Shown: piece after piece, positions 12,801-23,500 of the stretch
Layout: each line of letters starts with the position of its first letter
Position numbering within the stretch: position 1 is the stretch's first letter
Source of the DNA: Antedon mediterranea
Lineage: Eukaryota > Animalia > Echinodermata
Length of the DNA: 64,000 nucleotides
Assembly (NCBI RefSeq): GCF_964355755.1
Contig: NC_092678.1
Location: 4,852,422-4,916,421 of the forward strand
Reading direction: 5' to 3'
Translations under genes and position numbers: made by a program
Notes under the pieces: generated by a model
Database searches by the model: none
What the model saw: only the letters and a program-made list of their open reading frames with translations
What the model was told of the DNA's origin: nothing

Positions 12801-14046
12801 CTGGAATAGTTGGGGTGGGTTACTATTTTTAAATGCCTAATTTAAGATTAGTTATAGTAACACACTACTTTAATAGTAACCCTCCTTCTAATAGTAACCC
12901 ACCCTCTAGCTTACAATTAGAAGATTTACGGTACCTACTTTAATAGTTATTTTTTATTTATTTTGTCAGAGGCACTAGAAAATATTATCTGCTTATACAA
13001 TTTTTTTTTTAAGCATACAGTGATGTACTCTAATTTTTAAAGTAAAATAAATATTAAATCAATAAGTTATATATTATTATTAAACAAGTTTCACACAACC
13101 TTCGAAATGTAATTATCATTTTTTTTTGTCTTTGTACTATGCTTTATGTATGGATTGTGTATGATGAATGAAAATAAAGAAAAAACTAATCAATATTATA
13201 GTATTAATTATTAATATTAGGCCTAGTTGTAAATTGTTGTTGTTTGTCAGGGTTCTGTCAATAAGTTTAAAGCGGGCATTGAGAAGGTCTGGTCTGGCCA
13301 CCATTTAAAGTTCTGCCCGTATAAGTCGGAAGAGGATGCTGTAATGTTTGAGATTCAAGGTAAGATAAATTAGTATTATTACTATTTAATATTAGTTAGT
13401 AATCTAGGCCCTATTTCTCTTAATAATCAATATATTATAATATTAATAATAAATAATCCAGTAAGTAATAATAGTATAGGCCTAGTATTAGTAAATTAGA
13501 ATTAGATAACAAGCTGACGGAGGGCTGACACCTAAGAACAATGGAAAACTATAGGATTTGACGCCACCAATCAATACACTATTGACAGCACTGTCAAGTT
13601 TGACACTCGCTTCAATTCATTCATCATGGTTCTGGTGGTAGAGCGAGTCTTCTCGGATAAGGACTATAAACCGTAGCCTAGGTCTCTAGCTCGTGTGCAC
13701 TTTAAAGAACCTACTAGGCCTATAGTACATCTTTCGAGACGAGTAGGGGGTTACCCCGGTGTATTAGTACGTCACAGCCACTGATCACCAACTGGGCCCT
13801 CTGGGAGACAAGTCTTTGACTGAACAGGTTACCCAGTATAAATATATATATTTCAATCATCTCTGCCAGATCGCCGGCTGAAGTGGGGCTTTTTTAGCCA
13901 GACAGCTGGGCCTACTCTAGCTAGTAGGCTAGGCTAGGTTTAGTAGTAGTAGTTTCAATCGAACATACATCGAAAATATTACCTGACATGGTATCAAATG
14001 AAGACATTTTAATTGCAGTATCGCTTCCTTTTTCTGAATTTGTCAT
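3881..14046 (-). CDS. SLC35A2: UDP-galactose transporter (SLC35A family nucleotide-sugar transporter), 3 coding exons
   Basis: Exons 14046-13983, 7404-7061 and 4510-3881 join in frame through GT-AG introns. Motifs include [65 protein letters not shown] and [17 protein letters not shown] and AATFQ favour A2 over A1/A3. Confidence 0.9.
5072..6460. repeat. 49-bp tandem array (~28 copies) with internal hairpin, SLC35A2 intron 2
   Basis: Unit TTGAGGTGAGCGAGTGCAATCACTCACCTAACACACTCCTAAACTGCCC starts at 5072, 5121, 5170 and onward. Copies are near-identical with no spacers. Confidence 0.97.
6895..7031. repeat. Degenerate ~14-bp tandem repeat (CCAGGGTCTCTTCT-like)
   Basis: Repeated ctccagggtct(c/t)tt units just inside the intron, ~30 bp from the SLC35A2 exon 2 donor. 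Confidence 0.75.
7486..9333. mobile_element. Helentron/DINE-1-like non-autonomous element whose 541-bp right part is triplicated in tandem
   Basis: Units start at 7709, 8250 and 8791 (541-bp period). Each has a (GACC/GACA)n microsatellite, a terminal hairpin AGTCGC-ttccac-GCGACT and an A-run. The left end is AAACAAGG at ~7487. The triplication is seen directly; the family assignment is inference. Confidence 0.65.
9500..12430 (-). mobile_element. Decayed CR1-clade LINE ORF2 (RT) interrupted by a DNA transposon
   Basis: Minus-strand remnants: KASGNDG and [15 protein letters not shown] (~11960-12110); QRVTFDG...FIND and FAD (~10385-10540); [10 protein letters not shown] and [31 protein letters not shown] (~10090-10290). 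Many frameshifts and stops. Confidence 0.8.
10660..11714. mobile_element. Non-autonomous DNA transposon with CAGGGGC termini and 5-bp TSD (hAT-like)
   Basis: Ends are CAGGGGCGG...CAGCCCCTG, flanked by CTGTA at 10655-10659 and 11715-11719. Perfect internal palindromes lie at 10673-10702 and 10826-10851. It splits the CR1 RT fragment. Confidence 0.75.
12496..12931. mobile_element. Tc1/mariner-type MITE
   Basis: Ends are CCGTAAATCTT...AAGATTTACGG with TA on both flanks and subterminal TAATAGTAACCC repeats. Confidence 0.8.
13640..13860 (+). mobile_element. SINE fragment with Deu/Nin-like central domain
   Basis: tcggataaggactataaaccg...ttaaagaacc...gagtagggggttaccccggtgt resembles the Deu/Nin domain as I recall it. 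A second partial copy lies at 34357-34457. Confidence 0.6.
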
Positions 14047-14354
14047 TTCTGTATTTTCTCCTCATTTATTTGGAATTTACAGCACAAACATTGCCACCTG
14101 TAACGTGGCTAAAAACAACTTGACGTCTGTATAAAAATAAATAGCCCCACCAACGTTAATACTTTTGTATTGTGATCATTAGTCTTCGTTTGGAAAATAA
14201 TTCAAGCGTTACGTACATTTTAAATTAGCGACTGGGTTGGAGCCTATATCACTTTGAAACAAAAACATGTGTACATTTTGATCCGATTTATAATCATAAG
14301 ATTACCGACATTTCGGGCTTTTTAAAAACTAATTTTATTTCCAAGGTGTTCAGA
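14047..14354. promoter_or_regulatory. Compact bidirectional promoter/5'UTR region SLC35A2-CHCHD4
   Basis: Divergent start codons at 14046 (-) and 14355 (+) are only ~310 bp apart. Contains TGACGT (14121) and a GCCCCACC box. Confidence 0.6.
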
Positions 14355-15185
14355 ATGTCCTACTGTAGACAAGAAGGTAAGTATTAAATATTTTAGTTAT
14401 TTAGGTAAGTGTACGACAGTGACTGTAGGCTAGGCCCACCCCCACACCAAACCAAGCAAGATTTATCAAGTTCAGTCGGCGGGAATGGCGGTGCCCGACT
14501 TGACCGACTAGCTGAAGACCTACGCCTAGACAATCAACAATTGATTACTAACTGTTAATTATATAATTTAGCCTATTCTAGGCCAGCCTATAGGCCTTGA
14601 TAAAGACAAGTGAGTGAGTATTTTTTTCATATGCTCAGGTAAAGACAAGATAATTTTTGCAACTAAAGAAGATCATGAGACGCCAAGTAAGATTGACTTT
14701 GGAGAGATAGAAGAAGAAGGTGAAGGTAGGCAAACCTAGTCCTAAATTTCGAATTTTTAATGTTATGGTTTTTTAAGGATTGTTTTGTTTTCGTTAAACA
14801 AAATGATTTCACCAAGACCAAATAAACTAAACTCTTTAATTTTTTTTCTCCAGGTTTGATTCTTCCGAATGGCGATATAAACTGGAACTGTCCTTGTCTG
14901 GGAGGTATGGCTACCGGTCCATGCGGAGTAGAGTTTCGAGAAGCTTTCTCATGTTTCCACTACAGTAACTCTGAACCAAAAGGGTCAGAATGTCTTCAAC
15001 CATTCCGTGAAATGCAAGAATGCATGATAAAGTACCCCTCATTATACCCTACAAATGAGGATGATGATGACAAAGACAATACAAATGATCTAGACCCTTT
15101 AGCAAATGTTGACGCAGTTGAAAAAAATAAAGACGTAGGTCAAAGTTCACAGTCATCAACCTCTGATGAAGGCACAAGTGTATGA
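14355..15185 (+). CDS. CHCHD4: Mitochondrial intermembrane space import and assembly protein 40 (MIA40), 3 coding exons
   Basis: Exons 14355-14376, 14639-14725 and 14854-15185 read [24 protein letters not shown]...[35 protein letters not shown]...[16 protein letters not shown], with the CPC motif and twin CX9C. Confidence 0.96.
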
Positions 15186-16227
15186 TGATTGGTTGTCCAA
15201 TTTTAGAATTAATAAAAGCAATAACTTTAAATTAAATCGATATTTGAAAATAAATATGAAAGGCTGACGTGGTCAAAAAATGAATCTGTTTCCAAAAGTG
15301 GTGTTTTGCTAGAATGTGTAATAATAGTTTTGATTGCAAGACACCCAGTAGATACATCGAACTACCGTAATTGACATTCCCTGAATACAAACAATATACC
15401 TCATTGTTTAAATCATATACTGTATATTAAATACTATTATTTAGTCAATTTTTGCCTTCCATATATATGAGACAATAATTATATTATTCATACCACATAC
15501 AATTACAGGTTTAACAATAGTTCAATGACGTCATGACATCTCTGTTATGTTAATAATACCAATTGAATAATATAATTTTATGTTACAATCAATGAAATAA
15601 AAATTATTAAAAAATGAAATGCAAACTTTTAAAAAATAAGGTCTTCTATTAACGAAACAATGACGTCAGAAGCAGACGGTAAAATTCAGCATTTATGATT
15701 ACGTAATATTATTGGTACGTAATGATTCATTAAAAACACGAACATAAATTCTACAGCAAGATTGATTAATCCTTGATGACAAATTGCAGCATTTTACGGA
15801 AGAAACAAGCAATACACTGTGGCCTACTTCGATGATGCCTTTTTTAATTCCATAATTCAATCAATCATGGCGCGCGGTTATCACCATAGAAACCAAATTA
15901 TTATAATCGGATGAAACATGTCAATATATACGCAGTAAATATTGTTTACGAGGAGCAAACACAATGACAATTAAATGTCACAAATTATGAATTAATTATA
16001 TTACAGTATATTGAACGCCTTGAAATTTGATCTGATGATTGTGAGCGGAGACGGGGGTAATAAAGTTTATTTTACGATTGGATGCAACAACGTAGCAAAG
16101 AGATAGCGCAACGCTCTAGATCGATCCGTGATTAGTTAAATTACTTGTGTACCGTCGTGCGTCGCTTGCAAGTGACCGAGCTTTGAATGGAAATCGACGT
16201 CGTGAACTTACTATGCCCGGCCATTTA

Positions 16228-16416
16228 AGCGTGTTTCCCACTAGCGACACAATCTACGCAACGTAAGCAAATGACCTTCTAATAATTGTGTTTGCTCCGC
16301 CTGCGTGAAATCAAACCAGTTTGCAGCACTATTGCGTCGTCGGTTTCCAATTGTGATTACGCAATGCAGCACTTTGCGTCGATGTAACTGCGTTGCGTTC
16401 TAGTGGGAACAACGCT
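16228..16416. mobile_element. Harbinger-like MITE family B copy
   Basis: Ends are AGCGTGTTTCCCACTAG...CTAGTGGGAACAACGCT. The interior is shared with 39928-40107. Confidence 0.75.
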
Positions 16417-16817
16417 CTAGAGAGACACGACGCTAGGGTGCAACGCAGAGAAGTCTACCGTATATATTTATTTAGAAACATATTTAGACAGGATGAAAAA
16501 CATATGATATCGCACCTATATTGAAAACATGATTTAGATATTCAAAATTTAATTTCAATTAAATAACTAGCCTACTGCTGACACTCAATACGCATATCAA
16601 ATGAATACACCTACTTCTCCCGCCATTAACAGAGACAATGGCGTGCAATGATAATTATATGGTTTATTATACTAAGTTTACTATTATAGGAGGAATGGTA
16701 GGCACTAAGTTTGGTTACCAGCAGGACGCAACGTAGTGTAGCGCAATACAAGTAATATGACCAATCACAAGAAATGGAGATTATTATAAATGTCGCTTGT
16801 GTCTTGCGTTGCACGGA

Positions 16818-17353
16818 GGTGATAGTGCATACGTACTATATATTGACTGGACATGTGCGTGATATGCCTAATGCGTGATAGTGCATACGTACTTATAATA
16901 CATGTATTGACTGGACATGTGTGTGATATGCCTAATGCGTGATAGTGCATACGTACTTATAATACATATATTGACTGGACATGTGCGTGATATGCCTAAT
17001 GCGTGATAGTACATACGTACTTAAAATACATATATTGACTGTGCGTGATATGCCTAGTGCGTGATAGTGCATACGTACTTAAAATACATATATTGACTGT
17101 GCGTGATATGCCTAATGCGTGATAGTGCATATATACTTATAATACATATATTGACTGTGCGTGATATGCCTAATGCGTGATAGTGCATACGTACTTATAA
17201 TACATATATTAACTGTGCGTGATATGCCTAATGCGTGATAGTGCATACGTGCTTATAATACATATATTAACTGTGCGTGATATGCCTAATGCGTGATAGT
17301 GCATAGGCCTACGTACTTATAATACATATATTGACTGGACATGTGCGTGATAT
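16818..17353. repeat. 58-64-bp tandem repeat (~9 copies)
   Basis: Unit GTGATAGTGCATACGTACTTATAATACATATATTGACTG(GACATG)TGCGTGATATGCCTAATGC. Confidence 0.93.
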
Positions 17354-18298
17354 ACCTCCTAAATACACAAATCGCCGCCGTTACTCATCCCTATCCATTA
17401 ATATTTGTACAAAATCTTACCTTCGTTTATCATTCTAATAAACCTTACAATTGGGTATGGTGATTTGCTATTCTCTTCCTTTCGCATGTACGTTTTATTT
17501 CTCCAGGCCTTAATTGCAGGACTAACGTAGGTCAAGCTGGCCGAAGGCCTCCTCTGCTGGGATCGCGACTTATATTGCCGTCTGTTAAGCATTGTACCAT
17601 CACCACCGATGATGTACCTTTTAAAATAACCGATAGCTTAGGCCTATCCACTTTCCGGCGTGAACGAAAATTGTTTAATAAAACGTTTTAATAAATAGGT
17701 TGTATGATGCACGATCGTCGTTCCCAAGGTCTTCGACAGACGCTATGCATGATATCGTATAATGATAACCGTTGAATTAAAAGAAAAATGTTAATATCTT
17801 GAAATATACGAGTGGATATTATGTATTGGAAGTTGATAGTAATTACAATGGTTATAGGCAAGATCAATACGTTATTACTATGAGGCCGAGTAGCATGTTA
17901 TTGTCATCGCACGATTGTTGTTGCTAAATTATATTTGTCAGTCATTAAACGTGGTCACAGCTGAGCTCAAGATCGATGTTTAAAATCAATAGTCAGAAAC
18001 AGCAAATTATTATCTAACAAACACTAAGAAATTTATAAATTTCAAATGAATAATATACATTTGCAGTTTGCGGAACGCTAGTGTGATCTCGGTGCACGAT
18101 TCAATTAAAAATACTTATTATTATCAGAAACAATGGGGTTGCTAAGATACCCTAATTTCTATGCCTAACATCATTGAAAGTCAAAACATGGTCATTTAAA
18201 GTAAAAAAATACAAAACGGCAAAAGTGCGCGGAAGATATACAACTGTTTCTTTATTTGCAAAAAAATAACATAATTAATTGGTTAAATCTTTTACTGA

Positions 18299-18438
18299 AG
18301 CCTATATTCCACTAGGCGAATTTATTCACGCGCCAATCAATGGATGCGCATATCGTGTATTTCCATCCATTCACGTATGGTGACGCACAAAACGCGCAAC
18401 CAATCAGAGGTCAGGTTCGACTTGTAGAAAACAGGCTT
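18299..18438. mobile_element. Probable degenerate Harbinger-like MITE
   Basis: Imperfect TIRs AGCCTATATTCCACTAG...CTTGTAGAAAACAGGCT followed by TTA. Confidence 0.4.
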
Positions 18439-19611
18439 TACAATTACAAAATCGTTGACATGCGACGACGCCTATCTCTCTGCTTGTGTGGTTTTCTATA
18501 TTTTTTTTTTAAATTCTAAAAGCTACATATATACACATATTTGAGCATTTATCGTGATGCTGACGTCATAATCATACACTATATATAAACCACGTCGCAT
18601 GATTGAACCGAGGATTTTGATCTTATGGTAAGATTTACGAACAAAAAACACCAAAAATCTGAGTAATAAATAATTAAACAAATTAATATAAAAGTCAAAC
18701 ACAATCCGCGAATTTATTCGACGCTTCCGTTATAATAACCTCTTTAATATTGTAGGGCCTGTGTACCGTAGGGCCTGTGTACCGTAGGGCCAATTGATGC
18801 GTGCGCGTGTCAACAGCCTCTAATAGATATAATACTGTAGTATACATTTTAGTTTCATGAATATTGCATATCATATTGTTTCAATGAAATGTACAAACGC
18901 TCGAAAATTGCACACACATTCCTTCTTTCCTTTGAATGTGAACCTTTCTCTCAAAATCCCAGACATGACTCCGCAATCCAGGGCTTATTCTATAGAATAG
19001 AACAATAGGCTCAGCGCCATCACACTCGCACGCCCTCGTGTGTTGTTGTTGCAGTGCGCCTCCTTGCGCCCTACCGAGCGACATTGTTGTTGCCATGTGT
19101 TAGTTGGTTCTAGTAGGCCTATTGTCAATTGATATTATTTTGGTTTGTTTATTAAAAGTGTTCATATCTCCGTGAAGTTGATTAGTCTTCGATTGTTTAC
19201 AATTGTTAAGCACTGGATCTGCCATAGTTTAACCAATAACAATGTTGTTTAATAGTTAACACAAGTTTCTGTGTATAATTATCATACAGTTATTACTATC
19301 CTATTGCAAACTAATAACCTACGTACTTAATACAAACTAACTATAAATAAAAATAACATCTGTGTAACAAATAGTCCGCTTTATCATAATAATTATTTAC
19401 GAAAATATAAAAATATAACTTCTCCATAACACATAACATTGAACACCACATACAAACATACATACTACAGTATATTTACAGACATACAAGTTTATCTTCA
19501 AAAAATGAAGGTAAAGTTATTGGAAATTCAACCTCTATTAAAATAATGACATCAATCATTGAATAAGCAGACATGTCAGCATGTATGTTCAAACAAACCC
19601 TGTTGTTAGTA

Positions 19612-20511
19612 CAATAGTTGAACACCAGTGGAATAGTTGAACACCTGTAGAATAGTTCAACAGCAGTGGAAAAGTTGAACACCTGTAGAATAGTTCAACA
19701 GCAGTGGAATAGTTGAACACCTGTAGAATAGTTGAACACCGGTGCAATAGTTGAACACCAGTGGAATAGTTGAACACCGGTGCAATAGTTGAACACCGGT
19801 GGAATAGTTGAACACCGGTGCAATAGTTGAACACCAGTGGAATAGTTGAACACCTGTAGAATAGTTCAACAGCAGTGGAAAAGTTGAACACCAGTGGAAA
19901 AGTTGAACACCAGTGGAATAGTTGAACACCAGTGGAATAGTTGAACACCAGTGGAATAGTTGAACACCAGTGGAATAGTTGAACACCAGTGGAATAGTTA
20001 AACACCAGTGGAATAGTTGAACACCAGTGGAATAGTTGAACACCAGTGGAATAGTTGAACACCGGTGGAATAGTTGAACACCGGTGGAATAGTTGAACAC
20101 CGGTAAAAAAATTGAACACCGGTGAAAAAATTGAACAGCAGTGGAAAAATTGAACAGCGGTGGAAAAATTGAACACCGGTGGAATAGTTGAACACCGTTG
20201 GAATAGTTGAACACCGGTGGAATAGTTGAACACCGGTGGAATAGTTGAACACCGGTGGAATAGTTGAACACCTGTCGAATAGTTGAACACCGGTGGAATA
20301 GTTGAACACCGGTGGAACAGTTGAACATCAGTAGAATAGTTAAACACCAGTGGAATAGTTGAACACCAGTAGAATAGTTGAACACCAGTGGAATAGATGA
20401 ACACTGGTGGAATAGTTGAACACCGGTAAAATAGTTGAACACCAGTAAAATAGTTAAACACCAGTGGAAAAGTTGAACAGCAGTGGAAAAGTTGAACACC
20501 AGTGGAAAAGT
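19612..20511. repeat. 19-bp minisatellite (GTTGAACACCRGTGGAATA)n, ~47 copies
   Basis: Direct tandem repeats. The 19-aa periodic ORFs in all three minus frames follow from the 19-bp unit. Confidence 0.97.
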
Positions 20512-20554
20512 CACTTACCACAATCCACTATAATGATGTGCTTATGCTGGACTG

Positions 20555-23500
20555 TTAAAATTCGCCCGACGGTTTTGTTACTATGTTTTCTGTATTCTCA
20601 ATATCATACGTTGCGATGGTGACAATGTCAGGATTTGGAAATGTCTGTTCATGAATATACACGTCTTCAATTGATGATTGCGGGTCTACATCTACAAAAA
20701 AATAAAAAATAAAGATCAATCAATCAGGTTGTCATGTCAATAGTATTCCTGTTGATCATGTCATAGTCTATTTGTCTATACAGGCTTTTTCAAAATGTAT
20801 TTATTTATTATCATAATGTAACTGGTTTTGAGTGGGCCTCACAACTTTGGGGTTTCCTTGAGGTCCCTTTCATCTTCTTTAAATTTACTCCTTTTTGTTA
20901 TATGTATTGTTTTTGATGAGATGAATAAAGAGATTGATTTGATTTGAATGTTTATTTTTCCCAAAATAATCACATATTTGCCCGCAAAGTGACTCAAATT
21001 GAAGCGAAATTGATGTACAGTTAAAAATATTACAGATAAGTATGTGTTTTTAAAACTATCTACTTAATCGCTTAAAGACAAACAGTTATATCAACAAAAA
21101 CAAAGTTGAATCATACCATCCATGATCGATAATTTATCCTCTTCTACTTTATTGTTCCTTCGTTTACGTATCAAATACATTAATGTTATAAGACAAAGAC
21201 CGCCAATGACGCCTACAAAAGTCATTGTAAGTATAGATTTGGTGGCAGATGTATTATTAATACCAATTGGTAAGCTTGTTGTCATTAGTGTAGTCCTGTG
21301 TGATCCTAGTGTAATCCTGTGTGATCCTGGTGTAGTGGGATCTGAGGGTGTCAAATAATCAATTAGTTTATTAAGATAAAAACTACAACTTCAATAATGT
21401 ACAATATAGCAAAAATTGGATGTGAAAATACTTGATATGAATTTATCAAACCTCAAGATAATATTGTAGTGGTATTGTAGCTAAGCTTTCTTACAAACCT
21501 TGGGGGTACTGCGTTCAAATCATCAAATCATACTAAAGTTTATTAGCAGTGTTCATGTATGTGATTTAATCACTGGGGAATATTTGTTGAAATAAGTTCA
21601 AGTTGTCCTCAAGTGTGTTCTGCCTTTCTAAAGTCAAAAATGTTTTTTATTTTTGGGAAGTGGGGGTTGGGAGCAAACATATACATATAATCTTACCTGC
21701 TATAATGAAGTATTGTGAAGGATATTCATGCGTATTTTCACACTCCTCACATCTCACCTACAAAACATATAAATAATTTCACTGTAGCATTGATTGACTG
21801 TAATGATAATCAACATAAACAAAAGAAAACATTGTCACACATGACTGAGAAGTTCACAACATATTGAACGATGCAGAATCTCTGATACACGATGTAATTT
21901 ACAATTACACCAGCACATATATTTTCTATCTTAAATTAATAAAGTGACCTATTTATTTGCTACTTTGAAAAGTGATGTAATTCTTTACTTACAAATGCCC
22001 TCCATATTCCTACTGTGACGTTTTCATAGATAACAAATGTCTGTAAGGAAGAACAAACAAAAAATTGTAATAGGCAACGTTTTCAGACAATTTTAATAAA
22101 CAAACATTTTTTTTGTAAATAACACAGACAAGACAAATACAGTACAATTACAGAGGAAAATAAAGACATTTAGTGTTTCCTAATGTTCTTGCCGAAAGTA
22201 TGAAGAGAAATACTATTTTGTTTCATAGACGTGGGCCGGAGACTGATAAGAAGAGGTCAGAAGTTCAACTACAATCCTCTCTCCTGAACATTGCGTTACC
22301 AACTTCATTATCCAGGATTAATAGTAAATATTGTTACCTGCGCAACATTTTCTTTAACCCACTTTATTCTTGCATCCTCGTCACTTCTTAAACAGACTCT
22401 GTATGGTGAATGAATCGGCAACAATTCATATCCCACTAGTACTGAATAGTTGGCAAAAACCTCAGCATATACACCAGATTCTAAGATAAGAACATGTATA
22501 TAGAACTATGTAGAAACATATTATATTATTTGACAAAACTACTTTCAGCAATAAGGCTGAGCAAGTTTAAAATATTAAATAAGTAAAGTAGAAAGATGAC
22601 TATTTTATATAAATGCATTGCAGCATATATGGAGATGTTATTATAATATAACACAATATTTATCTTCAATTAAGTTTAATTCAGTATTTAACAAAGACCC
22701 TTGAAAAAATTCTGTGTAAAATAATAACACTTTATTTATTTGACTAGATACATGAAGCAAAAATTATTATAGCGAAAAATAAACAGAATAATGATAAACT
22801 CAACCTACTCTTGCATTGTGGGTATTCAGTCCAACCATTGGACAAACAAGTGACGTACTCGGCTCCAACTAGTGTGTACCCAGCATTGCAAACAATTTTC
22901 ACCGTTTCACCAATTATGTAGAAGTCATGAACTAGATCAATAGCATTTCCATGTGGTACCGAAATTGAAGATTCACAATCTAAAGGATAAGACAGACAAA
23001 TTTTAAAATCCTCAGACGTAAAATATCAGGCCAGACTTTAAACTGAAATCATTTACTGTACTAACTAATTGTCATAAATGAATAGAATGGTTTACCTTTG
23101 TAAAACCTTATACTTTTATCGATTCTTGTATCAGGGCCAACTGGGAAGCTGGTTACTGTCAGATAATAATCTACATTCATTTGAATTCCGCCATTGAACC
23201 CAGACGAGCAATCGTAATAAAATGTTACGTTTCGATCCTGAAATAAAAAAAATAATTTAAATGATTTGAGTGTGCTTTCTTTTATAATTGAAAAGTTTTT
23301 ATTTTTTGTAATTATCCTGAAAGAAGAAAGACTTATTTGTGCTTTACTGTACCTGATCTTTCAAGGTGTTTGTGAATGTCATCAAATTACAAGCCTCATA
23401 TGCATTACCGTCTTCTGATTTAATCTCAATACGGTATCCTTTTAAATTTTCAATATTACCTGCATCAGACAAATAACAGTCAAGTTTGTTGTTTTATAAA

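Noticed and set aside
17398-17640. 64-aa ORF
   Set aside because: At best a decayed LINE 3' end. It is too degenerate to call.
19589-20521. 310-aa and 285-aa Cys-rich repeat proteins
   Set aside because: A 19-bp unit is read in all three frames with the same periodic peptide, and it lies behind a splice donor.
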